A DNA stretch of 64,000 nucleotides. It comes from Octopus sinensis. Taxonomy: Eukaryota. The notes beneath the pieces were generated by a model. That model searched no databases, was not told the origin of the DNA, and saw nothing but the letters and a program-made list of their open reading frames with translations. Made by a program: the position numbers and the translations under genes. Location: assembly GCF_006345805.1 (NCBI RefSeq), contig NC_043002.1, positions 3,224,001-3,288,000 on the forward strand, written 5' to 3'. Below, piece after piece: positions 1 to 10,195 of this stretch. Positions within the stretch are counted from its first letter, which is position 1. Every line of letters starts with the position of its first letter.

Positions 1-121
1 AAGATATTTATTCGTTGCAGACACCCACAGAAACCGACCACAATAACGGGGCATTGTACACGGTCGATTCAATTAATTTTAATTGTTCAGTTGAGTTTGA
101 AATTCAATTAACACTAAGCAG

Positions 122-164
122 TCCATTGTTAGTGCCAAGTTTCTCTTGAAACTTCTTCCGGAAG
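122..164 (+). other. candidate non-coding upstream exon of paralog 1 (5' boundary unknown)
   Basis: GAAG|GTGAAA donor at 164/165, followed by CpG-rich sequence including (CCG)5; in-frame TAG at 130-132 lies upstream of ATG 1366. Confidence 0.4.
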
Positions 165-1328
165 GTGAAAGAAACAGCCATGTGCTTTCCTCCTCCGCCG
201 CCGCCGCCGCACTCTTAATACATTTCCACTCTCGGCGGCCTTTTTCTCTCTTTTTTCTCAACATTTATATAATAACCAGATCACTGTCCAATATAGACGT
301 GTGTCTGTACGTATATATATATATATATATATAATATCTTTGTGCTGGATGTAGTGATGGGGTCTTGTGATTAGGGGACTTTTTTCTTCTCCTCAAAGCC
401 ATTCTAATTAATCTCTGCAAAACCTAATCTCAGCCGACCTCGCGGGCATTCATTACTTTCTTTTCTCTTTTAATCTCTGATATTGGCCTAATTTCACCAC
501 TTTTCTCCCTTTCTCTCTCATCTTCCATCTAAAACCTACTTTTTACAAGAAAACGATGGACTTTCTAAATCGTAGTTCAATAAAAATTATATTTTTTTAA
601 AAGAAAACCCAAATCTTGTTTCTTTAAAAAATTCCGTCCAGGAGTCCTTCAAATGGAAATCTTTTTGGATTCCCGGCATATTTCAGTTTTAACCATCATC
701 GATCGCTTAGGAAATATTTTTACTCAATAAAATCAAAAATATTTTTTCAATTTGAATTTATTTTCGTTTTTTTGTGAATTACTTCAATAAAATAACAATA
801 AGAATAGGAGCGGGAAATCTAAGTCAATTAGTTTAGAGATTTTTGATTTTATTTGCTGTTTTAGCTTTTTTTTTTCCACCGGTCTTTTAGATTCTGTTTT
901 AATTACACAGCCGAAATAGCGTTTAATTATCGTGTATTTGAGATTAGGCTTAATTATTTCTACTAGATGAATAAATATGTGTTGAGATTATGAACAGCAC
1001 CGATATCATTGAGCTTAATTAAGTTGGACATGTAATTATTTTAATTAATGATGATTGTAAGAGAGATCGGAGGGTGTAACCTAATTTCTCGTTGACGTGA
1101 CCTTTTGTTTTGCCATGTTAAAAGTAAAAAAATCTGGAAGACATCCTCATGAAATTCATACTCTGCTTTTGGCATCCAGAATAGATAGGAATCGAGTTTT
1201 GGATTCTTGGTAGATATATTTTCCGAGATTGTAATCGGTTCTTGTGAGAAACTGTAGACATACATTCATTCCTAACGCACGATCTTGCTGCTCCATAAAA
1301 TTGATATTAAATTTTCATAGTGTTCTAG

Positions 1329-1377
1329 GTTGCAACAGAATCATAAAGTAGTCAAAGACAGAACGATGCCAAGAAAT
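1329..1377 (+). CDS. paralog 1 start exon (ATG 1366, MPRN)
   Basis: ttctag|G acceptor, AAT|gtatgt phase-0 donor, in frame with the next exon. Confidence 0.75.
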
Positions 1378-4300
1378 GTATGTATACTATTTTTTGTAAA
1401 GAAAATATTTCTTATTCGAACTGTTTTTAAGTTAGCAAATGATGAAAGACAAGAAACAGGTTTATGACGCTACTATAATATTATTCCCTGATATTTTAAC
1501 CAATTTAAAACCCTTTTTTTCGTTACTGACCTGGGACCGGGTGACTTTGTAAGTTACAATTAAAATACTTAGATCTTCTCTCGTTAAAATCTTTTTATCC
1601 CGCGACTTAAGCGATTGCTAATAAATTTCGTCTGTTAACCGTCAGTTTTAAGGAATTAAAAAAATGACTTTGTTCATTAAACCAATTTTAATGTTAGAGA
1701 TCGGCACCCCCCCCCCGACCGAAATTCTGCTAATTGTTCCTATATATTTCTTTGTATTTTTTGCTTTACAGTCAAGAGGAAGATACCGAGAGAGCGACAG
1801 CGATTCGGAGAAGTTCTGTAAGCTCTTCATCGGAGGGCTTAGTTATTCCACAAATGAAGAATCGATGAAAGAATATTTTGAACCGTGGGGTGATGTGGTC
1901 GATTGTGTCGTGATGCGAGATCCAAACACAAAAAAGTAAGACGGCTTCACATTTATTGTGTGTGTGTGCGTTGCCTGACCTTTGTCCTTTTGTTAGTGTG
2001 TGTGTTTCCCCCTCTTGCCCTCATTACTAAAGGTAAGCTTATTGCTTACAACTATACGATATTTTTGCTTTTAATGTATGTGATTAAAACAATTTATTTT
2101 AGAAATATCAGGTTTAATGTATAAACGATGGGAATCACAACGAAAATTAAATAATTTGAATTATATATTATATACGAATTTAGAAGTGAGGGAGAGAGGA
2201 CGAGTGAATTACCATGATTCCGGTAGTAGATGGCTCCTATTAAGACACAAAGGTAAGATCAATGGGGGGGGGTGCAGAGACAATAGAAACGGATTTCCGA
2301 CTGAGACTTCACCTCTCCTCCTCGCCGCCTTTTCTCCCCATCCCGTTGGATGTAGCTGTAGATTTTATTTTTAGAAAGTATACACGTACACTGGATTATT
2401 TGCTCTTAATCAATTTAAGCTGGATTATTCAAAATGATAGTTTCATTGTTAAGTCTTCTGAAGCTTAGATTTGAAAAATACTAAGCTGTTTTATTAATAT
2501 ATTTATTGTATTATCGGATTAATGAGAGATTAACGGTGAAACTCTTCCACCTCTGACATGGTTCCTAAAATTATTTTACTATTTTTTTTATTAAAAAAAA
2601 AATCCATTTTGATAATGTGTGTTTCTGAAAGGAGTCGGCTGGTACTTCCTGGATGGGTGCTGACATAGTTAACATTAGGATTGTGGGTTCAATCTTCAGT
2701 CTGGCGAAGGCAAAAAAAAGTTTACTCATCCCCCACATCCCAGATGAAGAAATAAATTGACAGAAAATAATGATGCATTCTGATGGCTACATATTTTTTT
2801 ATATTTCTTCCACAATATATCTTTTACCATGTGGGCCAGGTCCACAACAACACTTGTATCCTTATTTGTTCTGAACTGATGTTCATACTTAACTACATTC
2901 TTTTCGTAGGTCTCGAGGATTTGGTTTCATAACTTATAAGACAGAAGAACAAGTGGACAAGGCCCAGTGTAATAGGCCCCACAATATAGACAACAAAGAA
3001 GTCGAGACCAAGAGAGCTATGCCAAGAAATGTGAGTTCTTTTCCTATTTAGGATTTACTCGTAGCAATATGGGAGAGTTATCCTCAAAGAATGATTGTGT
3101 TCTGATTGTTTTATTTGTATTGTCTTTTTAGGAAACAGATTCTCAAATTACTGTGAAAAAATTATTTGTTGGTGGCATTAAAGAAGATACAACCGAGGAC
3201 GATATTCGTGAATTTTTTACTTGTAAAGGAAAAATCGAGTCGATTGATATGATAACTGACAAAGGCACAGGAAAGAAACGAGGTTTTTGCTTTATTACAT
3301 TTGAAGATTATGACACAGTCGACAAATTAGTATGTAAGTATAATAATAGTGTGTGTGTGTGTGTTTAGCTTTTAATTGCAAAATATTGAATAAAGATGGG
3401 AAATGAAAGAGAAAAGAAATCTTTTTTTTTTTCTAACTCCTTCACTTGAACTCTTTCTATTTTTTTAGTACGAAAATACTATGAGTTCAAAGGCAAACGG
3501 ATAGAAGTTAAAAAAGCCTTGTCTCGTGCCGAAATGAACCACAACAAACAGGCGAATATGAACCAAATGAGTGGACCGATGGGGCCGATGGGACCTGGCC
3601 CACATATGGGACCGATGGGGCCAATGGGGCCTGGCCCACACATGGGGCCACCTGGACCACATGGTAAGTTACAGCTGCCGCCTTTTTATATATTGGCCTT
3701 CATTCACTTCTCTCCATTCATACACATTTTACAACATTGTTGTATATTTTTATGATCTCTTTAGGTCGTGGGAATCGAGGTGGTATGGGTGGCGGCCGAG
3801 GTGAGTGTTTCTCCTTCCTTTCCATTAATGCACATTATTTAGTCATTAACTAAAATAATAATAATAATAATAATTAATAATAAACATTTTAAAACCTGAT
3901 AGTTTTGGACAAATTTGCACTTCTTTAGTTATTTTTGTAATCTATTCCATCTTTTGCTTCTAGTTTGCATGTGTAAAAATAGTATTTTTGTAACCCTAAT
4001 CACCTAACTCTGGGCTTTTAAAGCATCTACAGAATAGAAATTCCATTTAAAATTTTTAAGTTCAATTTTAGGATTGCTCAATGTTCTCTCCTCCCCCTCT
4101 CTATTTTTGGAACTTATATTTAGTATACAATTTCAAAATTTGGCTTGTGAAGGCATACAATGAATCTTTATTTGATTGGTGTCTCTTCTAATTGCCCAAT
4201 AACTACCCTCATCTCCTGAGTAGACATTGAAAAACTAGAGTTATCTATATAACAAGAAAACAGCTTTTAGGAGATCTCATGTTACATTGGACAGCATTTG

Positions 4301-7300
4301 TGAATTTGCTGTGTATTTATGACTTAATTCTGCAGACCTGTTCTACACTGTTCCCCTGTCGAGTTATTATTTCTGAGTTATCCATATTGAATAAGGATTT
4401 AGAACAAGAAGCAGATTGTTAAATGAAAAACTGTACAAATTCCTAACAATATAATTGAGAAGTTTTTGAAGAAACCTCTTCTGCTGCATATAGCAGAAAG
4501 GAAACTTCAAATTAGAATTCTAAGCTGTTTTACATATTTAATTGTCTTGTATTGTTGTTTTTATATTAAACTCCCTTCCCATGCCTGCCCACACTTTCTG
4601 CTTAAATTAAGTCTATGAATTAGGAGGTGTAAGTCATGCTACAATGCTGATTTACATATTTGTTGGTATATGATATTTATTATTATTATTATTATTATTA
4701 TGGGGGGAGTGGGTTAATGTATAGACAGGATCCTTTACAGTTTATTGACTGCATGTTCCAGATAGAATCTTTTGGCTTTTGACTTATTTCTGTGTTTTGT
4801 CTGTTTCAGTGAACAATAAAAATTCTAGTTTTCTGATTGAATATCGACTTATAAATGTAGATTGTAAATTGAGTTGGCATAAATTGTGTGAGGATGTATT
4901 TAAGGAAAACATTGTAAATTTTGTATTTAAATTTGAATGCTAGAATATCGTATGTGAGGTTAAATTTTGGAGAAGGTTATTGCAATGTATGTGCTCTAGG
5001 GTAACAACCACTTGTATAGGTTTGTGCAGGTAACCATTTCTCTGAAACTTACTACTGTTCTGTGCAGGCGGTGGTGACTGGCACAACTCACCTGGTAATT
5101 ACAGCTACGGTGGTAACTTTAATGGAGGATATCACCAAGGTAAGAAGAAGCTAAACTAAGTAAACTGAACAACTTATGTCATTTGGAAACTGATATGTCG
5201 TCAACATTCATTGATTCCCCTCTGAAATGGTTCGATGTAGCAGTTTCCTCACTGATGATAGTTTTCTCACCTGTCTATAATATTTTGGTTTAATTGTTTT
5301 TCAAATTTTGTTTCCCTAATCATAATAATGTTATTAATAAGTATTTATTACTTAATTATAGACACTCATCTATGTTTCTGTGTTCTCTTCTAATATTTCA
5401 ACTTTATTTGTCCCTTTTTCCTTGTTTAAGCATTTTTTAAAAAAGTATTTACAACTACTAAATGGCTCCAAACTTTTCTCGTTTCTTATTGTGTGCTGCT
5501 GCTGCTGTTTTTATTTTTGTGTAGAGTTTGCAAATCTTTATTTTTTTCTGAATTGATTTCTAGATTGTTTTGTGCTTCCAAATAGCTTTATGTGTTTCCT
5601 ATTGTATTTCATCAGAGAATGTTGAAAAGATTTTGGTTTTCAATGTCATTGAAATTTTTTAGATTATTTTTACATTTATGAGATCTGTTAAATTGTATTT
5701 GTTAAACGGGTGTGTGTGTGCATCTAGTGAACTAGGAATTTATGTGGTGGAATTGAAACTATTACCAACAGAACAAACTAGTTTGTTTTCTTTTTTCTTA
5801 AGTGCAAGCCTATTGCTTTTTATAGATTATTATTATTATAAGGATGATCACACATCATTTTCTCTTTTCACTAACTTGCATGGATGCACAGTCTACTAAT
5901 TGCACCATTTTTTTCCCCCCTTGGTGGAAAAGCAGTATTTTATTTAGCACATTGAAATAAAGGAAGATGCATGCTTAACCCTTTAGCATTTCAGATCATT
6001 CTATCAAATGTAATACTTATTTATTCACATTGTTTTTGGATTATCATACATTATCTCTTGACTTAAAAGATTTTGATGATCTGGTTGCATTGTTGGGGGT
6101 AGGTGTGAGGGGGTCAGATCTGGTTAATTTGAACATAAAATGGAAGGAATAGTTTGGCCAGGTACGGCTGCTTGAAATGCTAAAGGGTTAATTTATATAA
6201 GTTATAGTATTTTTTAAAATTCTCTGTTTATAGTGAGCCTAACTTTTAACTAAGAAATACGACTTTTAGGTTGGCTGTTACCTACAAGTTTTAATTAGTA
6301 TTTTTATTTAAATAAATTGTTTTGTATAATTTTTGTGTTGCTTGCTTTTGAAATTTTGCCTCTTAGTGCTTTTTTTGTGTGACTCAGTGTAATTGTTTTC
6401 CTCCAGTGAAATATTTTTTTAATAAAGACATTTAATTTCTCCAATTTTAGGTCCAGGTAATTGGGGAGGGCGAGGTGGTCACCCTGGTTATGGTGGAGGC
6501 TACGGATACCAAGGTATGTAGTAGTATCAGAAATTTAAGGCAAAATTAGATGATAAAAAAAAAAGAAATGTTTGTTTTGGTTTGTTTCTATCCTAGATTG
6601 GATCCCTGAGTAAATCTAGGCATTTATCCCTCTGATGTGAGTTTTAGCTCTTTTCAGCTAGATTATGGGGTATCATATTTAGGGATGCGCCCAATGCAAT
6701 GCTAGTGGGTCGACTGTTCTTAACCACTCGGCAGCAGCTACAGAATTTCTCTCTTTCATGGTTCTTCATATACTTGTTCAGAATGTCACTAATTTGGTCT
6801 CCATCTGTCTGCTTAGACAATGGGATGCATCATTACGGCAAAAGCAAGTGCTAGAGACCCTGGGTTACCCAGACACCAGCATGGTCAACATGATGACTCA
6901 AGAAATACACCTGGCAAGTTATATATTACAGTTTGACTTTTTTTTTAACATTTTTTTTTTTTTTTTACATATATAACAACTTTCCATACTCGAATACTCT
7001 AAACCTAATATTTTTAAAGCCTCTTTGTTTCATCATTGGCAAATATTTTGGGGGAAAATATTGTTTTGGTGAGCATAACCTGATTCTCATGACATTGTTC
7101 TGAGAATCCACGTTTGCAGACAATATTTAAAGTGCTTCCTTTCTGCTTTTCTAATTCTTCTGTGTTTCTTTAACATATTGTTTTGGTTGTGGTTCCCCAA
7201 AGTCCACTTGTGAAGCAACACAATTTCTGGAATTATTCTATGGTTCCAATTCTAGACATTATGCTCAGTCTTGGTGTTGCAGCTTTTAGCAGTCTTAATA

Positions 7301-9151
7301 AAATTCCGTGGCTTTTGGATTGGATTCCAAAACTGTGCAGTATTAAATGCTGTAGCTGGGTTCTACAGCGCTTCGGCTTCAGTATTTCCATATTAATACC
7401 TTTGGCTTTGCACACATTACTGCTATTTCCTATATGATTAAACATTCTCAATATCTGTAGGGCGATAAATCACCAAATAAAACCTTACTTTGGAATTTTT
7501 GCACTAATTAGCCTTGTGGTGAGAATCCACCACAACAATTCTATGATTATATTAAATTATTAAAGAGCTGGATTATATCGTTAATTGATAAACATTTGGT
7601 TTGGCATTTAAAATAATGCTGGAGTTTTTTTTTGTTTTTTCTTTTCTTTTCTTCCTACTTTGCAATGTAGTGATAATAATGGCGTTGAGTTTGTTTGATT
7701 GGCTGCTATATTCCTCTTTTACGTGGTCCCGTGATTCCTACTGTAAATCTCACAAGGAATCTTTGTAATGGAAACAAATGATTGTAACAGTGCTAGTTCA
7801 ACATGATGCTTGTTCTATTTGTGTTGATAGATGGTGTGTGTGGATATTTCGAATATATACACACAGTGAGATTGTGTGTTGTAAGGTGCATTCCACAAGT
7901 CTTGAGGCATTCATTTCAAAGACATAAAAGATTCCTTCAAAGTGGTGTCCAAGACCCTTGTCACAGCTTCTTTCAGCTTGGGGGAACAGCCAAAAGTCAC
8001 AAGGAGCAAGGGTCTGGACAGTAAAGGGGATGGGTCCATGTCTGTCAAGTTTTTAGTTTTCAGGATGGAATTGGGCTGCTGCAGGTGCTCTGGCCTATTG
8101 TGAATGAAATCTCCTAAACTCCTTCAGTGACTACTTTTGGTCGACCATTTGGCCAGAGGAGACCTGGTGGATGTAGATAATTCCCTTACTGTCGAAAGAG
8201 AGGCTTGTGAGCTTCTTGTGCCAGTTGAAAATAAATGTTTGGCTCCTGCAATTTAATCCCTAGGCCATCTGGAGTGTGGGATTTTTGCAGTTTAACACGC
8301 AAGGTTTCGTCTCTCCCAGCCGTCTCCAAGTTGGCAGGTCAGCTTATTGGAAGTAACAATAGACTAAATTTACAAGAATCTAAGACAGTTCCAACTCTGC
8401 TTCTCCTAGAAAAGCCTCAACACTTCTGAAATGCACCTTGTTGGTGTTATATATTGTCAGAATCCCAGGCTAACATTTCTGGGTGCCAACCCTCACATGT
8501 TTCCAATGGTAGATTGGTCAGCATGGAGGCATGTTTCTGCAGCAGATGTGAATGATGCCGCTGTGTCTGTCCAGTGATGTTGTTTCAACATGGTACACAA
8601 TGAGAAGACAAAACTCACACACACACACAACCTTTCCATGTAATTTCTGCCTGACAATTGGAATCGTGAGCTTTGGCGCCAGGTGGTTTTCCAAGTGAAT
8701 ATGATCCAACCACACAGCAGCAGCTATATCCATGTGTATGCCTTCGTTTACACACACACACACTCATACATGTAAACTTCGTTTGTAGCATGAATCTTTA
8801 TTATTTTTGTTGCCTTTGATTAATTTCTATTTTAATTGATGTTTCTGCTCAGGTAATTATGGTGGTGGTCATGGTGGCTATGGTAACCAACATGGCTATG
8901 GAGGCTGTGGTCAAGGTGGTTGGAATCAAGGTGGTGGTTACGAAACCTTTGGAGGTGTGTAGCAAATTATTGTCATATTTAATTAATTGCCTTCATTCAA
9001 TATATTATGTAAATTAAAAAAAAACAGTTTTCGTCTTTAGTTTTTCTATAAATTTCAACTATTATGTAGATTACTAACCATTTAATTGTAATTTCTTTTA
9101 GGTGGTTATGGTGGTGGTGGTGGTAACTATGGGGGCGGCTATAGGCGATGA
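1366..9151 (+). CDS. hnRNP A1/A2B1-family protein, paralog 1 (338 aa; RRM1, RRM2, Gly/Pro/Met and Gly/Tyr low-complexity tail)
   Basis: join(1366-1377,1772-1935,2910-3030,3132-3333,3469-3663,3765-3800,5068-5139,6451-6513,8853-8954,9102-9151) = 1017 nt, one open frame, all introns GT-AG. RNP2 LFIGGL and LFVGGI, RNP1 RGFGFITY and RGFCFITF, C-terminus GGGYRR-stop. One-to-one orthology to a vertebrate gene is not determinable here. Confidence 0.93.
1772..1935 (+). CDS. paralog 1 exon, RRM1 N-half
   Basis: tttacag| acceptor, AA|gtaaga donor; [31 protein letters not shown]...DPNTK. Confidence 0.95.
2910..3030 (+). CDS. paralog 1 exon, RRM1 C-half (121 nt)
   Basis: cgtag|G, AAT|gtgagt; [10 protein letters not shown]...[11 protein letters not shown]. 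Confidence 0.96.
3132..3333 (+). CDS. paralog 1 exon, RRM2 (202 nt)
   Basis: ttttag|, T|gtaagt; [19 protein letters not shown]...[18 protein letters not shown]. Confidence 0.96.
3469..3663 (+). CDS. paralog 1 exon, RRM2 end plus GPM-repeat linker
   Basis: ttttag|, G|gtaagt; [22 protein letters not shown]...[12 protein letters not shown] x2. Confidence 0.95.
3765..3800 (+). CDS. paralog 1 exon, 36-nt RG/RGG exon
   Basis: ctctttag|, GAG|gtgagt; [12 protein letters not shown], phase 1-1. Confidence 0.9.
5068..5139 (+). CDS. paralog 1 exon, 72-nt Gly-rich exon
   Basis: tgtgcag|, AAG|gtaaga; [24 protein letters not shown], phase 1-1. Confidence 0.88.
5979..6187. mobile_element. piggyBac-type MITE (209 bp)
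   Basis: perfect 15-bp TIR CCCTTTAGCATTTCA with TTAA on both sides. Confidence 0.9.
6451..6513 (+). CDS. paralog 1 exon, 63-nt Gly-rich exon
   Basis: ttttag|, AAG|gtatgt; [21 protein letters not shown], phase 1-1. Confidence 0.9.
7850..8780 (-). mobile_element. decayed mariner transposon in a paralog 1 intron
   Basis: broken minus-strand frames [16 protein letters not shown] and HPLYCPDPC resemble mariner DD34D transposase motifs. Confidence 0.65.
8853..8954 (+). CDS. paralog 1 exon, 102-nt Gly/Tyr/His exon
   Basis: ctgctcag|, GAG|gtgtgt; [34 protein letters not shown]. Confidence 0.88.
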
Positions 9152-9175
9152 GTCTGAAGTTGGCTTATCTATCAG
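9102..9175 (+). CDS. paralog 1 last coding exon (stop TGA 9149-9151) with donor 24 nt after the stop
   Basis: ttcttttag|, [16 protein letters not shown]-stop, then CAG|gtaaat at 9175/9176. Confidence 0.9.
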
Positions 9176-9469
9176 GTAAATATTCCATTTTATGATGCTA
9201 GAGAAATAAATCTTGCATAAATTTATTTATTTCAGTTTTCAGCTGATAAAATTGAAGCGCATTAATTTTTCTCCTATTGATAAAAAAAAAATGAAAAAAA
9301 ACATTGTGTGAATTGTTTTTTGTTCATATATACATGTAAATGTTTTTGCTTATGTGTATAAGTTTATAATTAAAATGTATGTAGATATCTGTATCATTAT
9401 TTTAATGATGTTGTAAAGTTGAACATGGGGGCAGTGTGATCTCATCGTAGTTGGGAAATTTGGAGGGGC

Positions 9470-9830
9470 AGAAATCAGATGGTCATGGACAACAGTACTC
9501 TCTCAAAATGAAACTCTGACTTTGGGGTCTCAGAAGGTCACTTGCTGGCTCTACTGGACGCCATCTCAGTTCTACAAATGGTCACTCGCATGAGCTATGC
9601 TAATGATACCAAAGTATGTCAGGTAATATAGAATGATGTCGATGCTGTGAGCCTCCAATTTACAAATACATTGAATGCTGAAAAGAATTCCATGCTCCTC
9701 TGTATTAGCCCATAGAGACTCTCTAAACAGGATGGAGAGGATGTGGATGTATAACACTTGCAGGGTAACAATTAGCCTGGGGTAAATATGAGAAACTATG
9801 CATCGTCTCATGAACAATGATGTACAGGAG
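9470..9830 (+). mobile_element. decayed CR1/L2-like reverse transcriptase fragment
   Basis: SYANDTKVCQVI-NDVDAVSLQ resembles the YADDTK region. Confidence 0.5.
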
Positions 9831-9905
9831 ACAGTAGGGAACCATGTTGCTTTTGTGGGCTCACCTTTGTCTATTATTGTTCACAACTATAACTGCAAAA
9901 TAGCA

Positions 9906-10195
9906 TTAACCCGTTTCTTAACTATATTTATTAACAAGCTACATCTGTTATGTTTTAGAAAGTAATTGTGAATTTAGACAGGTTTTATAAAAAAAAAATT
10001 TTATTTATGAGCATAATATGGTAATTTTTGGAATACAATTTATCAAAAGGATTGTTTTTGTCTCCTGAAGCTAATTACAGGTAAAATTCATCAAAATATA
10101 AAATTATTAAAATTTTGTTTAAGCATCAGCATAAAAAAATGAGTCACTACCTAACATTCAATTGAGTATACAACAAAGTTTTAGTATATAGAATT
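9906..10195. mobile_element. old truncated copy of the piggyBac element at 27940
   Basis: TTAACCC end; CAAAATATAAAATTATTAAAATTTTGTT and GTATACAACAAA shared with 28170-28260. Confidence 0.7.

Noticed and set aside
6451-8860. Donor-like G|GTAAT at 6456 and AG|GTAATT at the 8853 acceptor (microexon or recursive splicing)
   Set aside because: These arise automatically from Gly-Asn codons (GGT AAT); no independent support
9149-9157. Stop-codon readthrough of paralog 1 by A-to-I editing of TGA
   Set aside because: A second in-frame TGA follows two codons later, so the extension would be trivial
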